A stretch of 63,337 nt of DNA, counting the filler, from Basidioascus undulatus (Eukaryota), in NCBI GenBank assembly GCA_000826855.1. It is 3 parts of 3 records of this genome, joined end to end, with 100 filler letters (N's around TTAATTAATTAA, not from the genome) between each part and the next. Parts side by side here need not be neighbours in the genome. Positions count along the whole stretch, not along the records: positions 21,174 to 42,241 come from JTLS01000345.1; 2 more parts are not named here. One strand, 5' to 3'. Below, piece by piece: positions 27,187 to 38,091 of the stretch. The notes under the pieces were generated by a model. That model saw only the letters and a list, made by a program, of their open reading frames with translations. It was not told the origin of the DNA and did not search any database. Both the position numbers and the translations under genes were made by a program. Every line of letters begins with the position of its first letter. The stretch's first letter is position 1.

Positions 27187-29030
27187 TCACGCCTCATTCG
27201 CCCTTAAACTTTCCCATTTGGTCCTCTTACCAGCTTTCTTAAGCCCACAGCGACGTATGCGTAAACACAGGGGATCAAGCGTCTGCGTGCCCGACTCCCC
27301 GGCTACGGCGATTCGAGCGCCAGGCCAGGCGTGATGCTTGACCCGAGGTCCTGGAACATAGTCTTTCAACATTTCATTTATCATACCATCCCCACACTTA
27401 GCCACAGTTTTCTCATGGGGCGGACTCTCAGTCGCGGCGGTCGTGCAGGGCGTCCGCCCGTTGCCCTTTCCATCAGCGTTACTTCCCAGCCGGAAGGACC
27501 ACCCGACCAAGGAAAGGATGCGCTCGCGCGGCTGCCGTTGTGCCGCGAGGTCCTCAAAGTCGGGATCCTCGTAGAGAGTAGCGCTCGGCATAGTCGCGTA
27601 TGCGCCCGCGGCCTCCTCGTACCCCTTCTCCCACTGGATCGTCCCACGCCGTGCGTCGGCAGTCGCTATGGCCGGGGCGGGCGGGACGTAGCCGTCCGAG
27701 GTTGACATGGCGAGCGTTCGGCGAATCGCGAGTGATGGTCGGTGGATCGCCTGAAATAATGCATTATGAGTTAAAGCTTTATTTTGCTAACCGGGGATGT
27801 GGGTGGATGAGAAAACTTACAGTCAGACGGCGTCCAGGCTGGGCCTCCGTCGCTTCACGGACCGGCTCGTAGTTCGGGTTGATCATAATCAAGACGCGCT
27901 GTACAGGATCGAGCTTGCCCGTCTCGGGGTTTGGATTGCGTAACGACCTCGAGGACGCGCGGGTAGGCAGTGACCTAGACGAGATACGAGTCAGCAATGC
28001 GTTGAAGAAGAGGCCAAGAAGAACCCTCCTCACCTTCAAGTGCTTCACAGCAAAGAACCGGGCGTAGTCATAGATCGTCTGGAGACCCACCGTCTCGCTG
28101 AGTAAGCGCAAGACTGAACGTGGGAGAAAAGGAAGTACGTACCCAGTATACGCTGAGCCTGTTGGGACGACGAGGACGAACTTATACGCGAGCGAGCATG
28201 CACAGCGGCTTGACGGACTCCTTCTTGCGCCGCAGGTGCCAGTAGTTGAAGATGAGCCCGACAAAGAAGTAGATGCCGATGACAATCTGCAAGATAGACA
28301 GAGCGTCAACGTCTGTGCAGCCAGTGGCAGTGAGAATGTTCTTACGCCCGAGAAGATCAAGGTAAGGCTCCAAGAGACGTAGAACGAGGCGGTGGTAAAG
28401 TACGGCAGCGTGAGGTAGAGAATCGTCCTGATCGCATGTTAATCAGCTCCAGTGCATTTCACGCAGGAGACGGGGCAATGAACGCACTCGTAAGTCTCTT
28501 GGAGCACGAACGGCTTGCACGCGAGCTCCGAGCGCAGGGAGCTCAGCGAGTTTGGTTTCGAGCAATTGTGCAAATCAGGCACGCACGATGTTGTACCAAA
28601 CGGTCGTTGAGGCTGCAGCGGTCGAAGCCACGTCAAATTCCGCAGGCCCGAAGCGTCTCCAAGCACTCTGCACTCACAAATCGGTAGAACTAAAGTGAAA
28701 CAGCCAAAGTTGTCAGGCGAGCGACTTAGACAGCAAGTATGTCGCTGTGCACTCACCCGCTGCTTCACGACCGTAAGCTCTCCGAACCCGCCGCGCTCGC
28801 CCGTCTTGGGCGCGCGGAGGAGGTACGGCGGCGTTTCGGTCTGAGTGGACGTTCCGCTGGTGCACGCGATGGGGCGTCCGAGCTCGCGCGTTGCGTGGCC
28901 GAAGAACCACTGCCAGCCAGCATCAGTCAGACAGGGGGAGGAGGCGGAAGAAGGTGCCGGGGACATGCGTCTTCAGAGATCTTGTACTGGCAGCTTCGCC
29001 GGACTGCTGGGTGTCCACCTGATGCCCCTA
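27187..29030 (-). pseudogene. Glycosyltransferase family 2 membrane protein, 3' half only, frameshifted
   Basis: ISED|WFFGHATRELG...TETP...RGGFGELTVVKQR followed by TM exons; 4-bp CTCG duplication near 28190; frameshift near 27940; no N-terminal catalytic exons seen. Confidence 0.7.
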
Positions 29031-29730
29031 GCAGGTGAATGGAAGAAACTATTACGTGCAGCACCATAACACTCACGAGGTAATGCTTGGCCTGCTGGGA
29101 CATGGCGTAGATTCGAGAGGGAAATTTCTATTTAAGGAGCCGGAACACCGGCCCCTCTTCTCCAGTTATACTCAAGGCTTTCTTGTCGGCAATGGGGCCT
29201 GCTTTCAAGGTCCGAGTTCCGTCAACCCGCCACTATCCTGGCCACGGTATGTGCACAAGCCCGCGCTTGGCACGCCGTGTTCGCCGACAAGGCGTCCACA
29301 GCTGATTTTGACCTGACCATACTCATTTTATATTACCATAGGATATACTTTCTTCTTCTAATTTTAATGATAGATTGATTTCAACATGTTCAAGTATTCT
29401 TGTGACTAACAAGTCACGACGGGTGAGTTCCATTCTCAGTTTCATACTACAGCGCTGGCACTGCGCTGCGTCTCCTCTCGATAGGTCTCTGCGTCGAGAA
29501 GTGACAGACACTTGGCAGTCAAGCCTGCTTGGACGATAATTTTCGAAGAGTCTCGACTCTTTGCACGGCCTCGTGCTCTCCTCTCACCACTGTGCGCACC
29601 GTGCACAGGCATGAGCTTCACAATTAGACCCAGAGTCCTCGATAGGAGTTTCAGATAACCATGCCCAGCAATATATTAAAGAAACTAGATTTTTTGACCC
29701 CAAGGATAGGGGGCATGGAGTGCGTGGCCT

Positions 29731-30320
29731 CTACTCCTCCGCAACAGGCTCCTCGGTGGCAGGCGGCTCCGCAGGCTCCTCTGCAACAGGCACCTCCACA
29801 ACAGGCTCCTCCTCAACAGGTTCAGGAGACTCCTCGGGAAGCTCCTCCGGCGTGGCGTCCTCGTTGTAAACCGCAGAGAAGGGAAACTGGAAGCAGGCGA
29901 GCACGTCCTCCTCGTCGTTCTCGACCTGCCACTTCCACATGGTGGCCGACTGTCTAACATAAAGAAGACAGTCAGTGTGAGGCGTGGGAAGATAGGAGCT
30001 AAGAAAAGAGGCATACGTCGTCGTTGCCCACGAGGACCTCGAAAGAGGCCTCGCGGCCTTGTTGATCCCAAGGGGGCACAGGCCGTGCTCATCCGCGCAG
30101 AGGTCGGCCTCGCTGAATCCACCATACTCCTCCTCAGAGCAGTGGAGTACACCCAAGCGCTCTCGCTTTCGACCTCTGTTCAATTTCACAAAACTGGTCA
30201 GTTTACTTTGTACTTGAGCTTGAGTTTGCCGATGTCGTACTCGAGCTCGGCGATGCAAGGTGGCCTCCCCGAAGGGGAGCGCGTGGACGGCGGCGCGGAC
30301 GGTCCTTAGTCGGCCCTGAC
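29731..30320 (-). pseudogene. ML (MD-2/NPC2-like lipid-binding) domain-like relic with acidic tail
   Basis: DLCADEHGLCPLG ... WQVENDEEDVLACFQF cysteine pattern; apparent frameshift near 30055; no start codon or signal peptide found. Confidence 0.4.
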
Positions 30321-30543
30321 TATGCGGCGATGGTTTCCCACCTGGCTCTATTTTAGATCTGTGGCTCGAGGAAGAGAATCAACTCACTGCGAGCTACAGC
30401 CACAACTGACAGGACGACCTTTCGGACGTGTCCGTCGTGTCGGGTTACAATCTCATGAGGCACTCCGAACCGTTTGAACATGGTATTGATTAAAACGTGG
30501 TATGCATTATCAGGGTATTCAAGTAGGTCGAGAGTGTTCGTGT

Positions 30544-32286
30544 TCAATTGGTCCAGCGTCCGATACGCTCCCCCACCCACACGAGCGTTTCCACGCTGTT
30601 CGACGAACTGCGCACGAGGTCCTGCGCATGCCCCTCGTGTCTTCAACAGCCGTCTCATCTCTCAAAGGCAAGCGGACGTACCTCGTCCCACTCCACAGTG
30701 CCTTGCGGCCAGACAGCAACGATGGTGGATCCCCTACAAAAGAGTACTGAGCGACAACGGATGTGCACGGTCTAGGTGTTCGACTCACCCGTATGCGAAC
30801 TTCCCAATCTCTTCTCCCTTCTCCACGACATCGCCCTGCTTCTTCACCCAGCCGATGCTGCCCACGAGCATAGCGCCTATGGCCACGTACGCGACGGGGA
30901 TGGACCCGCCGTCCGGCCGCTGGAGGTTCAGGAGCAGGACGTCCCGCCTGTTGGCGGTGAAAACGGGGAAGTCGGCGTTGACTTGGGAAATAGCATGAGA
31001 GCTTCGTTCCAAGGAGAAGGCAGAATGAGATCACACGAACCGGCTTGCGGATTGACGGTGAAGTAGTCGCCGTGGATGTGCTTTGTCGCTGTAGAATGCG
31101 GACAAGCGTCAGGTACGATGTGTTAGCGCTGAATGTAGATTCGTCAACGTACGGCCCACGACAGCCTCGATTGGGGAGTGGAAGCGGTGGTAGTCTTGCG
31201 GTGCGAGGCGGAAGATAGCGAGCGACGGGGCCTGCCCAAACGCGCCCGCAAGCGTCTGGTCCCCGAGCAAGTTCGGCAGCGTGAACTCGTGGCCCTTTAC
31301 CCTGTATCGAGAAGTCACTAGGTCAGCAGCGGGGCGTGAGGGCATTTGCATAAGATCTGGATGAGGTAAAGCATACCAGAACTTGCGCGCAGCGTCGAAC
31401 GACGGGTATACATTCAATCGGCAGTCCGCCGCGGAAACGATGATAGACGTGTCGGCGTTCGCAGGCGAGATTGGACGAGCGGAAGGTGCAAGGGCGCGGT
31501 AGAAGAACTGAGCTAGGGTCAGCAGCATCCGAGGACTGCCGTGTTAGAGCTCGCAGCGTACGTCGTTGAAAGTCTGGCGAAGGCTCCTTGTTAGTCTCGC
31601 TTGTGTCCAGATCGAGCATCCGGCACGCACAGGGTATTTGGTGAGATCCTTCTCCTTCAGGTCGCTCAGGTTGATGTGGTACGTCTTCATGAACGACTGG
31701 ATCTTGGCAAGCGCGCCCTTTCCCTCATCGTAGATCCGACCCTGGCGGATGGTCTCCTTCTTGATCAGGTTCTGTACCCATTGAAACTTGGTCAAGCTGT
31801 CCGCATCGCCTTGAGGCCTGAAGAGGAAACGCATCGCCAGGCGGGTCTATGCTCCCGCCTCGTGGAAGTGATCAGTCTTCCCAAGCTCTATTCGCTGGCT
31901 CTTCGACAGGGCTCACCGCGAGCGGGACAGGCTCCAAAGACTTCTCGCCTGTCGAACGGTCGATGACCACGTAGTTTCCTGCGGGTAGAGCGTGATGGAA
32001 AGACTCTGGGTGAGGCATCAGGACACAACGTACCGAACTTCTGCGAATGAAGGATCTCGTCCCACACTGAATCGGCGAATATCTTCTGAAGCCACGGATG
32101 GCTCGTCGCAGACACTTCGAGGGCATGCAGCGTGTGCTCCTCCGTTTCGACTCCGTTGACGAGTGAAGCACCCAAGGTGTCCGTGCGAGCGATGAGCGCT
32201 GAGAAGGCCTCGGCGAAACGATGGAGCTCGTCCTCGTCCGGCTCGCGCTCGATTTGGCGGTTCGAAAGGTCAGCAGGCCCGGACAT
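30544..32286 (-). CDS. Phosphatidylserine decarboxylase (Psd2-type catalytic domain, no C2 domain)
   Basis: TFNDFFYRAL, VSAADCRL, AIFRLAPQDYHRFHSP, GDYFTVNPQA, AIGAMLVGSI, autocleavage motif YGGST. Confidence 0.93.
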
Positions 32287-32545
32287 CGAAGCGAGCGAAC
32301 GGTTAAGTTTGATGAGATGAGTGCAGCGGTACAAGCAACAACGTGCATGATAATGAGAATTGATGCCCAGAAAGAGCCCCTGTCTGTGATTTGCGGTGTG
32401 TTGAAGCGAAAGAGGTCCGGGCTTGACGAGAATATTGGAGCGTTTTGGCCGGCACAGCCGAGGACCGTCCGCGGATTTCGCGCTTTCCACCGTTTCTCCG
32501 CCCGGTCTTCTCTCTTGTCGCCAGACCATTCCCCAAGCCCCCGCA

Positions 32546-33109
32546 ATGTCGCTCTGTGCCGCCCGCTCACCCATATTCATCGCACCGCGTCTGGCACGCT
32601 CGTACGCAGCCAAGTCCGGTCCCCCGGCGGGGCTCAAGGGCTCGAACGAGTTCGTTGGCGACTCGAAGTCGGACGTGCTCAAGGGCATCCTCTACCCCCC
32701 CAACCTTCACCCTCCCCCTACCAACCGCACCTCGCCGCCCATCGCCCACCGTCCCGACGTCGAATCCGCGGTGGCCGCCGCGTTCCCCTCAAAAGAGGCC
32801 CACGACACCATCCGCCGCGCCTACCTTCTCCTCCGCCGCAAGGAGGCCGAGGCTCGCCGGGCAGACCTTGAGCTCCGCGAGCGGAGACTTCGCGCGGCGC
32901 TCGACGACCTCGAGAAGTCGCACCCGGCGCGGTTCGCACTCGCTACGGAGGGGCGGGAGAGGGTTTCGACGTCTAGTCTGGGTGGGAGGAAGCAGGCGCT
33001 GCTCGCGCGCATCCCGGGCCTCTTCCCGAGGGAGATGCGCGCACCGACGGACACGCCGAGGACGAAGGTGTGGGACCATGACTGGAAGGCGGTGGTCCTG
33101 GACGCGTGA
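32546..33109 (+). CDS. MRPL28: Mitochondrial ribosomal protein mL40 (yeast MrpL28-like)
   Basis: Presequence, HDTIRRAY, coiled coil, FPREMRAPTDTP...WDHDW; intronless; head-to-head with the PS decarboxylase. Confidence 0.85.
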   Translation: MSLCAARSPIFIAPRLARSYAAKSGPPAGLKGSNEFVGDSKSDVLKGILYPPNLHPPPTNRTSPPIAHRPDVESAVAAAFPSKEAHDTIRRAYLLLRRKEAEARRADLELRERRLRAALDDLEKSHPARFALATEGRERVSTSSLGGRKQALLARIPGLFPREMRAPTDTPRTKVWDHDWKAVVLDA

Positions 33110-33589
33110 AGGTGGGGGTCGGATGGAAGCTACTGTGTGGTGGATAGAAGGGTTGAGGACAGAAGGAATGTGAGGAGGGAGGACGGACCCGCATTTTGCC
33201 GCACGCTCATCGCATCTTCACCCGTTTCGGTGCCGGTACCACATTTGCTTCGAGACTCTAATATGGTCTCCAAAACCCACTCCTGCTTTTCACTCACGAC
33301 GGTGGCGCCCACCGCTCTCTCAACTCACAGCTCGATCGCTGGCTTACTTGTCTGTGCTTGTACTCGTCCATGGCCACACTCACTTCTCTCTTAGACCAAA
33401 ACCAGCCGCCTCACCTTCGAGGCTCATGACGTCTCTTTCGATTTCATGGCCCAGTTTGCGAAATCGGCAACATCATGAGACTCATGACGACTCATCACCC
33501 ATCCCATCTGCTCTAGAAAGCCTATGCGTCTAGTCTCTATCTCTACACATCCAAACCCCATACCGCCTTTCCCGACGCGATCTTCCAAT

Positions 33590-34660
33590 GAAAAGTCGGA
33601 TTTCCCCTCAAAAGCGCGTCGGTGTCGGGCACGGCTTCCCGCACGAGGTCCGCGATCATGCTGTGCGCTCGCCCGCTCTGGTCAATGCAACGTTCTCCGC
33701 CGGACGGAGGTCTATGCTCACCTGCTGTGATCTTCGCCACGTTCTTCCCGAGATGAACGTAGTCCCACCGGTTGATGTCGGGGTTGAGGAACTGCGAGTC
33801 GGCCCAGCCGATCGAGTCGTAGTAGTTGTACGAGGCCTGTGGAAGACTTGTCAGCCTTTCCCAGACCACGTTTGATGAACCTTATTGTCGCAACGCAAAT
33901 TGCACAGGTTGACCAAAGGCAGTTCCTTCGTGCGCCACGTTGATGGCCGCTGCACAGATTTCAGTCTCGAAGCACCACGGCGCCCCAGCGCTTACCTTGC
34001 GCAATTTGATTAAGATTTGTTACGGGCTTTCGGTTGACGAACAGCCGCAGTGCGAGAGGCGTGACGATCATCGGGGACGCTCCGAAGGCCTTGAAGAAGC
34101 GGACCATGAAGGTCAAGGACTGCGCGAACTCCTCAGGCTGGAACCATCGCACGTCGCTGTCGGCCCATCATTTCGATATAAGATTCTGCTCCGCCCTATC
34201 ATTCCGACAGAGGCGATGAAAGCGACTGACTTGGTCCCGAACTGCAAGAGAAGGGTGTTCAACACCGTGGGTAGAAGATCGGGGTCGAGAATGCACAGAC
34301 TCACCCCGACAGTAAGATAAACTTTCTCCACCCCCGCCTTCTTTTCCTCTACAATCTCCCTCGCAGTCGCATTTAAGAAGCCAGCCTCTCAGAACACCTT
34401 CGCCGTGGCGCCCGGAACGGCGCGGACGACGCAGTCTGCGTCCACGAGGTCGCGCTGCCCCAGCCGTGGTTATACTCGACGACATTCGGTCAGAACGTCC
34501 GATTGTGCGGAGAAGGGGGAGAGGAGCACCCACTCACTGTGGATATGCTGTCCCCAACGACGTAGAACTTATTCGGTGGCATCGCCGTAGTAACCGGGGC
34601 CGGCGCAGCTGCGACGACCGCGGGTCCCAGCAGGAGCAGCAGCGCTCGGCGAATGAGCAT
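33590..34660 (-). pseudogene. SGNH hydrolase (rhamnogalacturonan acetylesterase/CE12-like) pseudogene
   Basis: Signal peptide, VVGDSIST, GWG, AVPGATA, FGTND, IVTPL, DYVHL. Frameshift near 34455, TGA at 34389-34391, frameshift near 33925. Confidence 0.8.
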
Positions 34661-35310
34661 GAGTGAGTAAGGGAGTTGGCTGCTCGGAGAAGCAGCTCTT
34701 GAAGGGAGGAGGAGGAAGAGAAAATCGGAAGGAGAGGCAGGTTCAGTCCAGGAACGCGACTATGTTGTAGGGCAGCGCAATCAAAGTTCTGCATTGTCGA
34801 TCGAACCCGTGTGGGTGGGACGATCAAGCTTTCATGAGGCGCGGGACTGCGCATGTGAGAGGTGTCTGTGTGATAAGGGAGGATGCGAGGTTGTGCGTGC
34901 AGGTCTGCAACGATAATATGATGGAAGGTGAAGCTTGTTTGTGAAGTGAGACAGACCGTAGGTCGCAACGTGCACTCCGGCGTCCGCAGTGCTTGTCGTA
35001 ACTTGGGGACAAGGAGCATCTCCATGCATCTATTGCACACATTGGCATTGATTGGCACTTTGGTGATGATCTCCAGAGAGGTGCGGGAAACAGCTTTCGC
35101 GAAACAAGCTGAGGAAGGGCGTGCTGAGTGCGCGAGCGGGTTCAACAAGACCCGTTCGAGTCGTGTCCAAGGCAGGTCGATACGAACCTGTCCAAGTAAT
35201 GCCCATAGCCCATCCAGGCAGATGTACTTCCCGTAGTCCCGCAGATCAAGCATCCAGCTTGAACAGGCGTCGCCTCGTGCGCAGATCAATTTATAAGCAC
35301 CAAGTTTCCT

Positions 35311-36374
35311 CTACTCCTGCGCACTCTTCTTCCCCGCTTTATCCTTCTTCTTCTTCTTCTTTCCGTCTGAAGAAGGAGGAGTGCCCACTTCGGACGACGC
35401 GTCCGCAGAGACCGCGCCCGTCGCCTTCTTGCCCTTCCTCGCCTTCTTCGCCGAGCCGGTCGGGGCAGAGGCTGAGCCGGACTCGCCGTCCAAGCCGTAC
35501 CCTGCGTTGTACAAGACGCGCATCAGAAGGATTTCGGAAAGCGTAAGGGAGAAGACGACGCACCAGTCCACACGTCCATCGCCGCCCGCCCCCGCTTCTT
35601 GCTTCCCTCCCGCGCCTTGCCCTTGCCCTTCTTGTCCGCTCCCGCCGTCGGCTCCTCAGCCTCTTCCGACTCCACGTCCTCTCCGGCCTTCTGCTCAGCA
35701 ATTTCCTTTTCCACCTCCCCGAAGCGGATGTGCGTTCCGCTCGGCGTGGCGGCGGCAGCAGCAGCAGCGGCGTCCTGCTCCGCGAACGGGTTCGACGCGG
35801 CCTGCGCGGTGGTCAGCGCGGCGCGGATGAAGCGGTCGGCGGCTTGCTTGTCGACGGGCAGGCGCTCTTAAGGTGTAACAGAATTGCGTCAGCGCAAGAA
35901 AACAGTGTCCAGAACGCGGAGAGGCGCACGCTTGTCACCGCCCGACTGGGCGACCTTGATCTTGGAGAAGTAAGCCTTGATGCGGTCCTGCAATGTCAGA
36001 AGATATGAGCCCAAATCTCCGCGTATAATTTATAATGATCACCTACAAGATCCACCGACACCGGGTGGGTCTTCGGGTCCACTCCTCTCGTGCGCAGGTA
36101 GACTACGGGCCCATGCCTCCGGTCAGGTCCAGCCAGTTCGCCCACAATCCGTGAGGAACAACGCACTCCACACAAGGTCCTGAATGATATACGCCAGGAG
36201 CACCTCCGTCCTGGCCTTCTGGACGAGGTCGAGCGGCTCCAGCGTCTGCGCCAGCGGCTTCTCGAGCAGGGGCGCGAGGGTCGCCTCGAGCGTGTCGAGC
36301 GAGGAGTTCAGCGCCTCAAGCGCTGGGCCCGGCGTAGGCTGCTGCTGCTGCTGAGATGTTAACAGTTCGGACAT
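35311..36374 (-). CDS. LRP1: Exosome cofactor Lrp1/Rrp47 (C1D family)
   Basis: KARTEVLLAYIIQDLVW, YLRTRGVDPKTHPV, DRIKAYFSKIK, VDKQAADRFIRAAL, Lys-rich C-terminus. Confidence 0.88.
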
Positions 36375-38091
36375 GCTGGACTATGCGGTCGCTAGTGAGC
36401 TGGGCAAGAGAGTGTGCAAGCGTAGCGAGAAGACGATGGCGGTCGAGAGGCAAGATTGCCCCGGATGCAATTTGGGCGCGAGCTCTCCTCGCCGCCGCGG
36501 CGCTCACCTTGGTCGACCACCGACGCTCAACATCTAGCTATGGTTCGTGCCTGCTTTCGTATTCAGGGCTCGAGGCTGACATTCATGAGACCTTCAGGCG
36601 GAGAACCTTCGGTATACACAGAACAGCCAGCTTGAGAACCGTACGCAGGCTGTTTATGTCGCTGGAACTGGAGCTGATCGCAGGTTGTGACAGTGCACGC
36701 TCGTTACACCGGCACTGGTGCGTGATGACCATCAACTGTGGGTTCGAATGATGCTGAACGGGCCTATGTTTGCAGGCCATGCCGACATGACGAAGTAGTG
36801 GGTCTTCTGCTCCGCGTCTGGTCGCCCGCCCCAAGCTCACCTTTGCCACCCCGTACCTTCAGCGAGTGGCTCACGCACCAGCACCGCGACACCTACGCGT
36901 CTATCATTGGCCACCCTACAATGCTGTCTTATGTCGCCATCTCCGACGGCGAGAGCATTGGGCGGGCACGGTTCGAGATGGTCGAGGTGCGTTCTAGCTC
37001 CTCGTGCTTCATTTCGCTCTTGGCGCATGAGGTGCTGATCTGGGATGGAATCTGTAGCGGATGCTGCAACCTTGCGGTCCGCCGCCGCCGAAGGAGGAGG
37101 ATTGAGGTGGTGCTGGGTGGTGCGCTGGAGGGGATGATATGTTGTGCGTTTAGACACCGAAGGTTCGCTCTTTGACGGAGTGATTGGCGCTCGTGAAGGG
37201 CCGCTTGCGCTCTCTGGCTGATCCTTACCTTCGCTCGGAATGCTCCTCTCTTTGCTCCGGCTGACACTAACAGCAACCTTCGCGCATCCCGGGCCTGACA
37301 TGTCGATGGGGCTCCTCCAGTCTTGCCGAGGTATCGGAACTCCTCAAGAATCGATCGCACCCTGTCGTGCTCTGTACCTTCCTCATGCCGCTCCAGCAGA
37401 CGACCTGAGCGATTTGAATTACCGTCATTGCTATGCATCTTCCTGCGCATGGGCAGGCGAGATGCCGTGGGTTGGGAAAGTCTGAGGCCTCGAGGGCCAC
37501 CACTGAGTAGGGCGAGCACGCCTCTACGTGGCGCGGCCGGTCGGGTAGTGAGGTCGTCGTTGGCAGCTTTAGAAACATATCTAAACGGAACGTGAGGTTC
37601 GGGGCCGCGTTGAGCCAGTGACTCATCTTATAGGTTGGCTACCGCGGGCGGTGAGAAGAAAGGCGGTCATAGTGTTGTTGAACCACACAGCCCTATCCTC
37701 TTTGGGAGTAGTCTGCTAGAATTGAGGGTAAAAATGCACACTGAAGCACACAGGGCTGTTTCCATGGCCCAACGCTTCACCTCGTCGATAACCGCGAAGA
37801 CGCTCTCACCATTCAGATTCTGCACGCAATTCCAGTCAAATGCAACGCAGCTAGCACACAGTTGCAGTGTACTTTTATCTCCGTTAAGAGGATGCCTTGA
37901 TGAAGCAGACGTGGCCGTTCTGTCGTTCTTCCTCGCCGGCATTCACGTGCAAACGGGAAGTGGTTGGGCTGCGGAGCCGAACGGAGCGACTTGGCAACAA
38001 CGCGCAAGGAAGAACGAGTCGCAGACCTCTTGACCACCTACCGTCACGGCCCATCGCCCCCAGTTACAGTAAAAAACATATCAAACCTACC

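Noticed and set aside
36500..37650. Exon-like relics here and at 17700-18250, 42342-42950, 47500-48150 and 61900-62500
   Set aside because: Possibly older gene fossils, but no recognisable motif or consistent gene model could be supported by eye
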